DNA of 64,000 nucleotides from Okamejei kenojei (Eukaryota): assembly GCA_035221665.1 (NCBI GenBank), contig CM069156.1:28396001-28460000 (forward strand). The letters run 5' to 3'. A program made the position numbers and the translations under genes. Below, one piece after another: positions 50,819-61,004 of this stretch (its first letter is position 1; each line of letters opens with the position of its first letter). The notes below the pieces were generated by a model, which saw only the letters and a list, made by a program, of their open reading frames with translations, was not told where the DNA came from and made no database searches.

Positions 50819-52869
50819 CTGTCATCAATAACCTCTGAGCTTTGGATTTAACTGCAATATCAACACTGATAAGTTAGCTTAAGATTTAAGAAATGTTCTA
50901 TGCTGGGCCTCTGCATTATTAAAAAATAGGAAAAAGGGTGATTATGATAAATAATGTTAAATAATTAGGTAAAAGTTATTTTTATATCCATTGTAACAAC
51001 TGGTTATAATATTATTTATTACAGTGAGACCTTTATCACGCTCTTTGACTACCGAACTATCATAGCCAACCCAGAATATTTTTCCTTCCGGTACTTGTAC
51101 ATGATCATGTTATGCATTTATTAATTCTTCCATTGGAACCATGGAATAGTTCAGCTTTGCTCAATCACCTTTAGTGCCTGAAAACATTCCAAGATACTTT
51201 TACCAAAGCACTATGAGACAAAATTTGATCTTGATCCATGCAAGATGATATTATGACCAGCATGAGGTACATTTTAAGATGTCTTTTAAGGGATGGGAGA
51301 GTTGGAGACAGGCATAGAAATTTAGGAAATGTATTCGATTGTTTGTGTCAGGACTGCTGAGCACTAATAATAGAATGTGAAAATGTATAAAATGCAAGAA
51401 TTGGAAGAAGGGTTCAGAGATTATGCACTCAAGGGACGTTTTGAAAATAAAGACGAGAATTGTAAAACAAACCATAAGCATCATAGGTTACATTCTTAGA
51501 CTGAGTTACCTTGGGAACTACATACCGGGTAACTATAAATTTTAACACCGTTTGGCTGCTGATATGAAAACAAAAAGATCTTAAATCAAAACCTTTGCAA
51601 CAACTTCAGTGACAGATTTTTTTCCCGCCTTTCCTTCTTTCTAATGTTGTATCTTTAGAAAAGAGGAGGATCTCAGATTTAGTCTCTTTGTGCTGAATTA
51701 ATTGAGCTCAGAGGGGATATCAGAATAGAGAGACTACAAATTGCGCAATGAAAGGAAATAAAAATTGTATTTGCAATATCTGCTGAAATATATTCCAATA
51801 GAATGGATTTACCTGGATATATCAATTCAATCATCATGCACACTTGCCAGTGGAATCAAAGGCAAGCATGGAACTGAAGCCTTTGTTTGGATAGGGGAGG
51901 AGAGAGAGGATTGGGGAGAGGTGGAGAGAATAAGTAAAAGTAAAAGGATATTTTAGAAAAATAGTTGGGAGCTTTCCAATGGAACAACTTGCTTTCTTAT
52001 TCTGAATAATAGGGTAAAATATATTTTTATTAAGAGATATTTTAATAGAATACAATCTCTTAATATTTTACTCTATTAACTCTTAATAGTTAAAAAGAGT
52101 TACACATTAAGAGACAAATATTGCTGCAAATAGAATTGGATTTTGCATCATATAAGTGGTCAATAACAAAGTAAAATTATCCAATGTGCTTCTCAAAAAA
52201 CTTTAATTAAACACAATTTAATGACATGTCACATAAAATGATTGAAAGCTGGTATGGACAGAATGGGCTAATTAGGCTAAATGGCCTTCCGTGCATTAAT
52301 CATTCCACAATTCAATAAAATGGGGTGGAAGATTGCAACCTTCACGTTTCATCTAATGCAATCAATTCGATGTGCACAAACGGAAGATCAAATAGAACAA
52401 GTTGTCCTACAACTTTAGGCTGTGCACGCCACACAAAATGATCATATTGAATGGCGGTGCAGGCTCGAAGGGCCGAATCGCCTACTCCTGCGCCTATTTT
52501 CTATGTTTCTATGAAAGAAGAAGATTCAATAAAATGAGCAATGCAGAGTCAAAATGATAGATTTGCTAAATAAGGTAGAAGAGGCGAAGAGTCTTTAGCA
52601 TTGGAATTTCGTTGATTAGTTAGTTGTAGGTATGACAGCCAAATAATGGAAATCGAGGAAGTAGTAACAATCAGAACTGAAGAGCACTGAGATTTTGGAG
52701 AGCTGAAAGACATTGCAGACATAGGGAGAATTGGAAAAGCGAGGGTAGAACTAATTAAACACAAAAAAAAACAAGGATTAAAATGGCATGTTATGACATT
52801 TTGCAATGTATAATTTTTCATCCGAAATTTCTGAAACCGCAACATTCACTCAGCAAGGCATTATTTGTC

Positions 52870-53190
52870 AACTGTGGTTCAGTCTTGCCTCTGAGTAAGA
52901 AGGTTGTGGGATCAATTCCAACAGCACAGAACTGACCACAAAAATATAGTGCTGCTCTCCAGTGTAGGTTTGAGGGATAGCTAATTTTGGAGATGTTTGA
53001 TTTCAGACACAATGTCAAAATACTTTCTTGGGTATCTACAAAAGATCCCAATGGTGACCCGGGGTCAATGTTGTTCCCATAATTATCAGATTATCTATTA
53101 AATATATATAACAGTTTGTGGGTTCTTCTCCTCAGGCACACAATTGCTGCTGCATTGCCCATACACTAACCACAATCATACTTCAAAACA
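52870..53190 (+). mobile_element. Old tRNA-head Deu-domain SINE-like element
   Basis: cttgcctctgagt.agaaggttgtggg.tcaa.tcca head, then aaagatccca.tgg and gtttgtggg..ctt..cacaaattgctgctgcatt core. Confidence 0.55.
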
Positions 53191-53206
53191 AAACCTTACT
53201 GCTTGT

Positions 53207-53416
53207 AAGTAGATAAAAATGCCGGAGAAACTCAGTGGGTGAGGCAGCATCGATGGAGCGAAGGAACAAGTGACGTTTCGGGTCGAGTCTGAAGAAGGGT
53301 CTCGACCCGAAACGTCACCTACTCCTTCGCTCCATAGATGCTACTTCACCCGCTGAGTTTCTCCAGCATTTTCATCTACCTTCGATTTTTTCCAGCATCT
53401 GCAGTTCCTTTTTAAA
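53207..53416 (+). mobile_element. Palindromic Penelope-derived mini-element with a hammerhead-like core and a 12-bp TSD
   Basis: Inverted arms at about 53209-53286 and 53302-53379; core CTGAAGA-GGGTC/GACCC-GAAA-CGTC at 53289-53316; cttactgcttgt at 53195-53206 and 53417-53428. Confidence 0.85.
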
Positions 53417-53487
53417 CTTACTGCTTGTTAAGAATGTTGCGACATCCTGACGAAGTTACCAGGTCCATAAATAAGTACAACTTTCTT

Positions 53488-53845
53488 AGAAACATAGAAA
53501 ATAGGTGCAGGAGGGGACCATTCGGCCCTTCGAGCCAGCACCGCCATTCATTGTGATCATGGCTGATCGTCCCATTTCAATAACCCGTGGCTGCCTTCCC
53601 CCCATATCCCTTGATACCACTAGCCCCTAGAGCTCTATCTAACTCTCTCTTAAATCCATCCAGTGATTTGGCCTCCACTGCCCTGTGTGGCAGGGAATTC
53701 CATAAATTCACAACTCTCAGGGAGAATTTTTTTTTCTCACCTCAGTCTTAAATGACCTCCCATTTATTCTAAGACTGTTGCTCCTGGTTCTGGACTCGCC
53801 CAACATTGGGAAGAGAACCAGGGGCCACATCTTAGAATAAAGGGA
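53488..53845 (-). mobile_element. CR1 LINE 3' end with a short 5' inversion
   Basis: CR1 tail at 53488; 53813-53841 is inverted relative to 53763-53791. Confidence 0.85.
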
Positions 53846-53988
53846 AAGTCTTGTTAGATTGTAGAAGTGGGTTTTGTACCGTTAAACCTATGGACTGACA
53901 TTTTAACAATATAGCAAAAAAAAACCCACAGGAAAATTGACATTGCAAGACATATTAACAAAGGGTGTTAATTTAATAACAAAACCTC

Positions 53989-54202
53989 GGGTAGACAAAA
54001 GCAAAGATACTAGAGTATCCTCTAGTATCTTTGGACAAAAGTGCTGGAGAAACTCTGCGGGTGCAGCAGCATCTATGGAGCGCAGGAAATTGGGACGAAA
54101 CGTTGCCTATTTCCTTCGCTCCATAGATGCTGCTGCACCCGCTGAGTTTCTCCAGCACTTTTGTCTACCTTCGATTTTCCAGCATCTGCAGTTCCTTCTT
54201 AA
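53989..54202 (+). mobile_element. Palindromic Penelope-derived mini-element with a 10-bp TSD
   Basis: acaaaacctc at 53979-53988 and 54203-54212; inverted arms at about 54034-54090 and 54109-54165. Confidence 0.8.
54002..54033. mobile_element. 32-bp hAT-like micro-MITE (14-bp TIRs, 4-bp spacer, 8-bp TSD)
   Basis: CAAAGATACTAGAG-TATC-CTCTAGTATCTTTG flanked by GACAAAAG at 53994-54001 and 54034-54041. Confidence 0.8.
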
Positions 54203-54242
54203 ACAAAACCTCTGGGTCTGGTGCCAAAAGTGCAGCGTTTAC

Positions 54243-54555
54243 CTGTTCACTGCTCCCGTTGCTATAGCAACCAACGATACCAGAGGAGCGGGGCGACGTT
54301 GAGCGTCATTGCGTCGGGATGCAATAAAAAATACTTTTCTTTTCATGTATTAAATATAGAGAGAGCACTGTTATTCACCCAAAAACGAACCCTAACTGTA
54401 GACTGCGACTCGTTGTGTTTTTTTAAAGGTGTACATACACATTTCTTAAAGCTTTAGCTGTAACCTATGACCTGCTGTGAGGCGGTTTGTGACCGCGGCC
54501 GAGGAAATGGCTGCTGGGGGTTGAGGGAGGCGGCGGGCGCCGGGCTCTCGCCAGC
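54243..54555. promoter_or_regulatory. CpG-rich bidirectional promoter and 5' UTR region shared by RNFT1 (+) and the TBC-like gene (-)
   Basis: The only non-repeat CpG cluster noticed in the window; minus-strand donor CAG|gtaaac at 54242 and the RNFT1 ATG at 54556 are about 310 bp apart. Confidence 0.75.
54258..54271. promoter_or_regulatory. RFX-binding X-box (perfect palindrome GTTGCTATAGCAAC)
   Basis: Fits the X-box consensus GTNRCY-AT-RGYAAC and lies at the 5' end of the minus-strand gene. Confidence 0.75.
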
Positions 54556-54581
54556 ATGAAACTCCGGCCACAGAATGACAG
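54556..54581 (+). CDS. RNFT1: RNFT1 coding exon 1 (MKLRPQND)
   Basis: gccagcATG in CpG-rich sequence, AG|gtaatt donor; phase 2 matches exon 2. Confidence 0.8.
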
Positions 54582-56023
54582 GTAATTAACGCAATACCTT
54601 GGCAGTGACGGCAGGAAGAAGCAGTCGACCGTCGTTTTAGGTTTGTTTGTGTTGTGGAAATCAACCTTTTTTTTTGTCTTGATGTGAGTATATGATGTGT
54701 TCGCCTTTAAAATGTACGTTGTCTGCAGGCCCTGGAAGAGGCTGTTCCGCTGGAGTCAAATGTCCCCACTTTCTAGAACAAACTCAAAGAGTCCTCATTC
54801 CCAGCTGTCGCCCCAATACCACGTTATGCTCCATCAAATTCTTAAGCAAGCACCCTTTAGAACTAAAGATAGACAACTAAAGATTTTATTTTAAAGTTGG
54901 AGTAATTCAGCGGGTCAGGCAACATCGCTGCAGAAAAGGAATAGGTGACGTTTCGGGTCGAGACCGTAATCTTCTTCAGAACTACTTCCGTTTTCTACAG
55001 CCCTTGCAGGACGAGTTCCCGATCATAACCTGCTTGGTTCCGATCATAAAGCTCATGGGTTTTTTTTATTTCTGTAAATGGAAGTGCCTCTATTGATCCT
55101 CTTTAAATTTGTAATGATCGAATCTTATCTCTTGTCAGAGGGAACGGGCGACGTTTCGTGTCAAGACCCCTCCTCAGATGAAGTCACTTACTCCTTATCT
55201 CCAGAGAAGGTGCCTGTCCTGCTGAGTTACCCCAGCATTTTGTCTATCTTCGGCGTAAACCAGCATCTGTAGTTCCTTCCTCCACTTATCTCTTGCCATC
55301 TGTCTTTGCCCCCTTTACTCCATTTTAACATTGTACTTGAAGTTTATCCTATCCAGGCATGCTATCTCAACAAATAATACCACACAAGTATATCAGGTAG
55401 TATAAAAGAAAAAAATCATGCCAAAAATAAAATTATTACAGCTGCCAAGAGGTAGATTGGAAGATTTGGATATTTGTATCAAATCTCATATGTGAGTCGG
55501 AGATCAATCAAGTGTCTGATAACAATGGGAATATAGTTACTATGGAATCTGGTGGTATATGCTTTCAAGCTATTGAATCTTCTGCCTCATGGGAGAGGAC
55601 AGATGAGAGGATAAACCATAGTATGAATGGTGCTTGATTATATTGGGTCTTTTAAGTATGGAGTTCATGCGGGGAGGCTAATTTTCGTGTGGACTCGGCT
55701 GCGTTCACATCACTGCATTGTCTTGCATTTCAGGCAGAGCAGTTGCCATACCAAGCTGTGATGCATCTGGGTAGGATGCTTTCTATACTGCCATATGTAG
55801 AAATTGGTGAGAGTCATTGGACACGTGCTGAATGTTCTTAGACATCAAAGGAAGTAGAGACATTGATGTGCTTTCTTGGCTGTCGTGTCTATGTGCTGAG
55901 GACCCTGCCTTGTTTCTTAACAGTTGCAGAGGAACTTGCTCAAAGAGAAATAATTTTTATTGATGTCATCTACAAGGTTCTGCATAGGATGAGCTTCTTG
56001 TTAATGGTTGAATCAAGAGTAAA

Positions 56024-57266
56024 GATTAGATTAGATTAAATTCCTTTATTGTCATTCAGACCTTTCGGTCTGAACAAAATTTTGTTACCTTGCAGTCATA
56101 ACATATAATAAATTAAAACAAAACACACAATAAACACATATTTAACATCCACCACAGTGAGTTCACCAGGCACCTCCTCACTGTGGTGGAAGGCAAAAAT
56201 CTTAAAGTCTTTGTCTTCTTCCCTACCTGTTCTCCCTCTGCGCTGAGGCGATCCAGGCCTCCGATGTTATCGTCCACTAGGCCCACGGCCGAGCCTCCGA
56301 AGCCGGGCTGCCACCACCGCCGTCGCCGGAATGCTGGAACACCGCCACAACTCTGAATCAGGGTCCACCGCTGGAACGCTGGAGCTCTGAAGCCGGGCCG
56401 CCGCTGGAGCGCCGGAGCTCTGAAGCCGTGCCACCGCTGGAGCACCGCTGGAACGCCGCTGGAGCAACTGCTGGAGCACCGGAGCTCTGAAGCCGTGCCA
56501 CCGCTGGAGCGCCGGAGCTCTGAAGCCGGAGCGCCGCTGGAGCAACTGCTGGAGCACCAGAGCTCTGAAGCCGGGCCGCCGTTGGAGCATCGCTGGAACG
56601 CCGCTGGAGCACTGGAGCTCTGAAGCAGGGCCGCCGCTGGAGCACCAGAGCTCTGAAGCCGGGCCGCCGTTGGAGCACCGCTGGAATGCCGCTGGAACAC
56701 TGGAGCTCTGAAGCCGAGCCACCGCTGGAGCACCGCTGGAACGCCGCTGGAGCACCAGAGCTCTGAAGCCGGGCCGCCGTTGGAGCACCGCTGGAACGCC
56801 GCTGGAACACTGGAGCTCTGAAGCCGGGCCACCGCTGGAGCACCGCTGGAGCAACTGCTGGAGCAACTGCTGGAGCTCTGAAGCCCTGAAGACGGGCCGC
56901 CGCTGGAGCAACTGCTGGAGCACCGGAGCTCTGAAGCCGGGCCGCCGTTGGAGCGCCGCTGGAGCACCGGAGCTCTGAAGCCGTCCGCTGCCGCCGCTGG
57001 AACACTGGAGCTCTGAACGCTCGCCACAGCTCCGAGGCCGCCTGCTCCACCATTAGGCCTCAGCACAGACTGAGACGGTGACGGGGGACACGACAAGAAA
57101 AGGTTGCATGCCCCCGAAGGGAGAGACTAAAACCTTGTTCCTCCCACCCACAAACACAAACTAATTATCCAAAATTCTAACTAAAACAGACACAAAAAGA
57201 CAAAAAAACGAAAAAAAAACAGACGGACTGCAGGTGAGCGGCAGCTGCCACGCAGCGCCGCCACTT
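56024..57266 (-). mobile_element. Non-autonomous LINE-derived (Rex1/L2-like) element with an expanded internal tandem repeat
   Basis: Minus strand starts AAGTGGCGGCGCTG, ends gacaataaaggaa with a (TCTAA)n tail; no RT coding. Confidence 0.55.
56365..57020. repeat. GC-rich higher-order minisatellite (ccgctggagca and ggagctctgaagccg subunits)
   Basis: About a dozen gagctctgaa cores separated by variable numbers of about 11-bp gctgga units. Confidence 0.92.
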
Positions 57267-57498
57267 CTGAGTGCTTAAGAGACTAAAGAGTGCTTAATTG
57301 ACCTGAAATGGAATAATGAGATTATTTTCTGTGGATTTACAGGCACATTAATGCAACACAAGGAATAAATATACAATAAACAATAATATAAATTATCAGT
57401 AATACTAGGTAACCAGACAACTATAATACAAACCGAAGTACATTGTGAAACCTAAACAAAGTCCATGGTAGATAGTTGCTGAGGTCAGGTTGCAGTTA

Positions 57499-58428
57499 GA
57501 CTCTATCCCCTACTCCCAATTCCTTTGTCTACGCCGCACCTGCGCCCAAGATGAGGTGTTTCATACTAAAAGATCCGAGATGTCCTCATTCCCCTCTCCC
57601 ACCATAGATGAGGCCCTCACTCGTGTCTCCTCGGTACCCCTTGCTCCCCCTCTCCCTAGTCGCAACAGAGACAGTCTCCCTAGTCCTTACCTTCCACCCA
57701 TCAGCCATTACATACAAAATACTGCCTCCCCAGGTACCTTCCCATGCAACCACAGAAGATGTGACACCTGTCGCTATACCTCCTCCCTCAACTCTGTCCA
57801 GAGACCCCGACAGTCCTTTCAGTTTAGGCAGAGGTTCACTTGAACCTCCTCCAACCTCATCTACTGTATCCATTGTTCACGATGTGGGCTCTTATACATC
57901 GGCGAGACCAGACGCAGACTGGGCAATCGTTTCGTGGAACAACTTCGCTTAGCCTGCCTGTAACAACTTGATCTCCTGGTTGTTGGACATTTTAATTCTC
58001 CTACCCATTCTTACACAAACCTTTCTGTCCTAGGTCTCCTCCATTGTCAGAGTGAGGCTAAACACAAATTGGAGGAACAGCATCTCATATTTCACTTGGG
58101 CAGCTTACAGCCCTGTGGTATGAGTATTGATTCCTATCACTTCAGGTTGCCCCGGCGTTTCCTCTCTCTCTATCTCTCCCCCCCCCCCCCCACCCAAGTC
58201 GCACTAGCTTCTCATTTTCACCCTACAAACCGCTAACAATGGCCTGTATCATCGTTACTTTTTTGCATCTCTTTCATTCATTGTTCTTTATCTCTCCACA
58301 TCACCGTCTCTCATTTCCCTTATCCCTAACCAGTCTGAAGAAGGGTTCCGACCCGAAAAGTCACCCATTCCTTGTCTCCAGAGATTCTGCCTGTCCCACT
58401 GAGTTACTCCAGGTTTTTGTGTTTCTCT
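57499..58428 (+). mobile_element. Penelope-like element 3' part (RT C-terminus, GIY-YIG endonuclease, terminal repeat)
   Basis: SIPYSQFLCLRRTC, PCNHRRCDTC and SSNLIYCIHCSRCGLLYIGET motifs; hammerhead-like core at about 58334-58361. Confidence 0.85.
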
Positions 58429-58650
58429 GCAGTAAGGGCCGTTCAAGAGCCTAATGTTGATGGGAACTTTTCTCTTTGAATATGGTCAAGACAAGCCATG
58501 CCTGAGGTCCCTCTCACTCCCTGAAAACAATTTGTGTGGGAATGTAGGCAGCAGTAATGCAAGAACATGAAAATACGCAGCTTATCCAGAGTACTTTCTC
58601 TGCAATTATTCCCTTTTGATGAAACTAACATTTTATTTTTAACTTGATAG

Positions 58651-59138
58651 GAGACATTCGAGCCAGAATTCTGGAATACCACACAGGCCAGGGATTCTGA
58701 ACAGCCGGTTGGTAGGGCCTGACATGCAGAACGAATTTGTTGCTGTGCACACTGGTATCAGCCAACACCACGTGCAGCCACTAACTGAAACCACAGGGGA
58801 AGGTGCAGCTTCGCATCCTGACTTATTTGTTGGGACTTCAGAGAGTGTGTCACATCCTTCCAAAGACGTTGTTCAAATTCAAATGGATGCATCTGAAGAC
58901 CAGAACAGGCGACTTGGAGCAGGACCCCAGCATACAAACGCTTCTCATTCGCACTTGCACTCTCACTTGCATTCTCATGCCAGAACGGAGGGTTCTGCAG
59001 GAGAAAGGTCTGAACTGGATGACAGGGAACCCAACTCGGGCTCAATCTCGGAACTTCGGTACCTCTTCCTTTGGCTTCAGAAGAGTCTCCCATTTATTGT
59101 CATCATTTGTGCCAAACTGATTTTTCAACATGCACTAG
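58651..59138 (+). CDS. RNFT1: RNFT1 coding exon 2 (His-rich linker and first TM segment)
   Basis: HSHLHSHLHSHAR...SELRYLFLWLQKSLPFIVIICAKLIFQH matches RNFT1; ttgatag acceptor, gtatga donor; 488 nt, phase 2 to 1. Confidence 0.93.
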
Positions 59139-59230
59139 GTATGAGAAGTATTTCATGAGCATGTTAACATTTGTAAAAGAACACTGAATGTCACATTGAA
59201 ATCTTTTATTCTTCATCATTGAAATTCTAA

Positions 59231-59396
59231 AGGGCCTGTCCCACTTACGTGATTTTTTTGGCGACTTGCCGGCACCCATCATAGTCGCAGCAAGTCGCCG
59301 AAAAATTTCAAAATGTTGACAATCCAGCGGCGACCAGAAAAAAGTACGACTCTTTGGGCGACTACTCACGACCAAACAGGCGTCACCCCGTGACAT
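59231..59396. mobile_element. One-ended Harbinger-type MITE (same TIR family as 30308-30980)
   Basis: TAA|AGGGCCTGTCCCACTT; truncated by the following Penelope fragment. Confidence 0.75.
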
Positions 59397-60380
59397 GTCT
59401 CCCTACTCCCAATTCCTCAGTCTAAGCCGTGCCTGCGCCCAGGATGAAGTTTTCCATACTAAATCATCGGATATGTCCTCATTCCTTAGGCAATAGGGGG
59501 TTTCCCTCTTTCATTCTAGATGAGGCTCTCACCAGGGTCTCCTCGATATCCCGCAGCTCTGCTCTTGCTTCGCAACAAGGACAGAGTCCTCCTATTCCTC
59601 ACCTTCCATCCCGTCAGCCATCGTATATGGCAATATAATCCTCCAACACTTTCGCCACCTCCAATGGGATCCCACTACTGGGCACATCTTCCCATCTCCA
59701 TTCCTTTCTGCTTTCCGCAGAGACCGTTCCCTCCGCAACTCCTTGGTCAACTGGGCCCTTCCCACCCAAACCACCCCCTCCCTCGCTACTTTCCCCTGCA
59801 ATCGCAGGAGATGCAACGTCCATTTACGCCCCCCCTCGACTCCATCCAAGGACCCAGACAGTCTTTTCAGGTGAGGCAGAGGTTCACTTTCACCTCCTCC
59901 AACTTCATCTACTGTATCCGCTGTTCCAGGTGTCAACTTCTGTACATCGGCGAGACCAAGCGTAGGCCCGGCGATCGTTTCGCTGAACATCTCCGCTCAG
60001 TCCGCCGTAATCTACCTGTTCTCGCAGTTGCTCAGCACTTTAACTCCCCCTCCCATTCCCAATCTGACCTTTCTGTCATTGTCAGAGTGAGGCCCAGCGC
60101 AAATTGGAGGAACGGCACTCATATTTCGCTTGGGTAGCTTACACCCCAGCGGTATGAACATTGACTTCTCTAACTTCAAATAACCCTGGCTTTCCCTCTC
60201 TCTCCATCCCATTCCCAGTACTCCCACCAGTCTTACTGTCTCCGACTACATTCTATCTCTGTCCCACCCACTCCCCTGACATCAGTCTGAAGAAGGGTCT
60301 CAACCCGAAACGTCACCCATTCCTTCTCTCCAGCGATGCTGCCTGTCCTGTTGAGTTACTCCAGCATTTTGTGTCTTCCT
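59397..60380 (+). mobile_element. Penelope-like element 3' part (GIY-YIG endonuclease, terminal repeat)
   Basis: FQVRQRFTFTSSNFIYCIRCSRCQLLYIGETKR..GDRFAEH; hammerhead-like core at 60287-60314. Confidence 0.9.
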
Positions 60381-61004
60381 TCTAATGCAGTGTTGGTCGT
60401 CCAAGTCTGCAGAAGCAGAATTGCTGGATCATTGCACCAGGGGCCATTGACCTACCTTTTTGATATACTGATCTGCAAGGCTGCTGTATAATTCTGGTAT
60501 CTGAGACGAGGTCTGCTTTTTTTTAAAAAGGGCAAATAGTGTGAATTCGGCTGACTTTAGATAGTGGTTTTGGTCATGGCTGAATCTATTTCTGGTAACT
60601 AATTTATTCAAACTTGCAACATTCAATAGTTCAGATTTCCAGAAACATACCGTACCACACATCAGATTGACATGCCATCCCCCATATTAAACATCTATTC
60701 TCTCCATGCAATGTGAATCATTTACAAAAGCAACTTGGCAGGGCTTCTTTGATGGCACCTCTCAAATATTCAACCTGCTCCAGGAGAAGAGCAGAAGGCG
60801 CACGAAAAAATATCACAACCTACAAATTTTCCACAAAAGTCACACACCATCCTAATACATCTGTGCCTTCACTTAAAGACCAGTCAATAAAATGGCTCAC
60901 TGTCATGCATTAGATGCAGGCAATCTCTCCATCAACACATCTCTAGCATGGATTTTATAATTCCAATCAAATTTGCAAGTTTCTCTTTAAAGTTTCTACA
61001 AAAG

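Noticed and set aside
56113-57096. 327-aa repetitive ORF as an antifreeze- or mucin-like gene
   Set aside because: All three frames are open because the repeat lacks stops; it lies in a retro-element, antisense within an RNFT1 intron.
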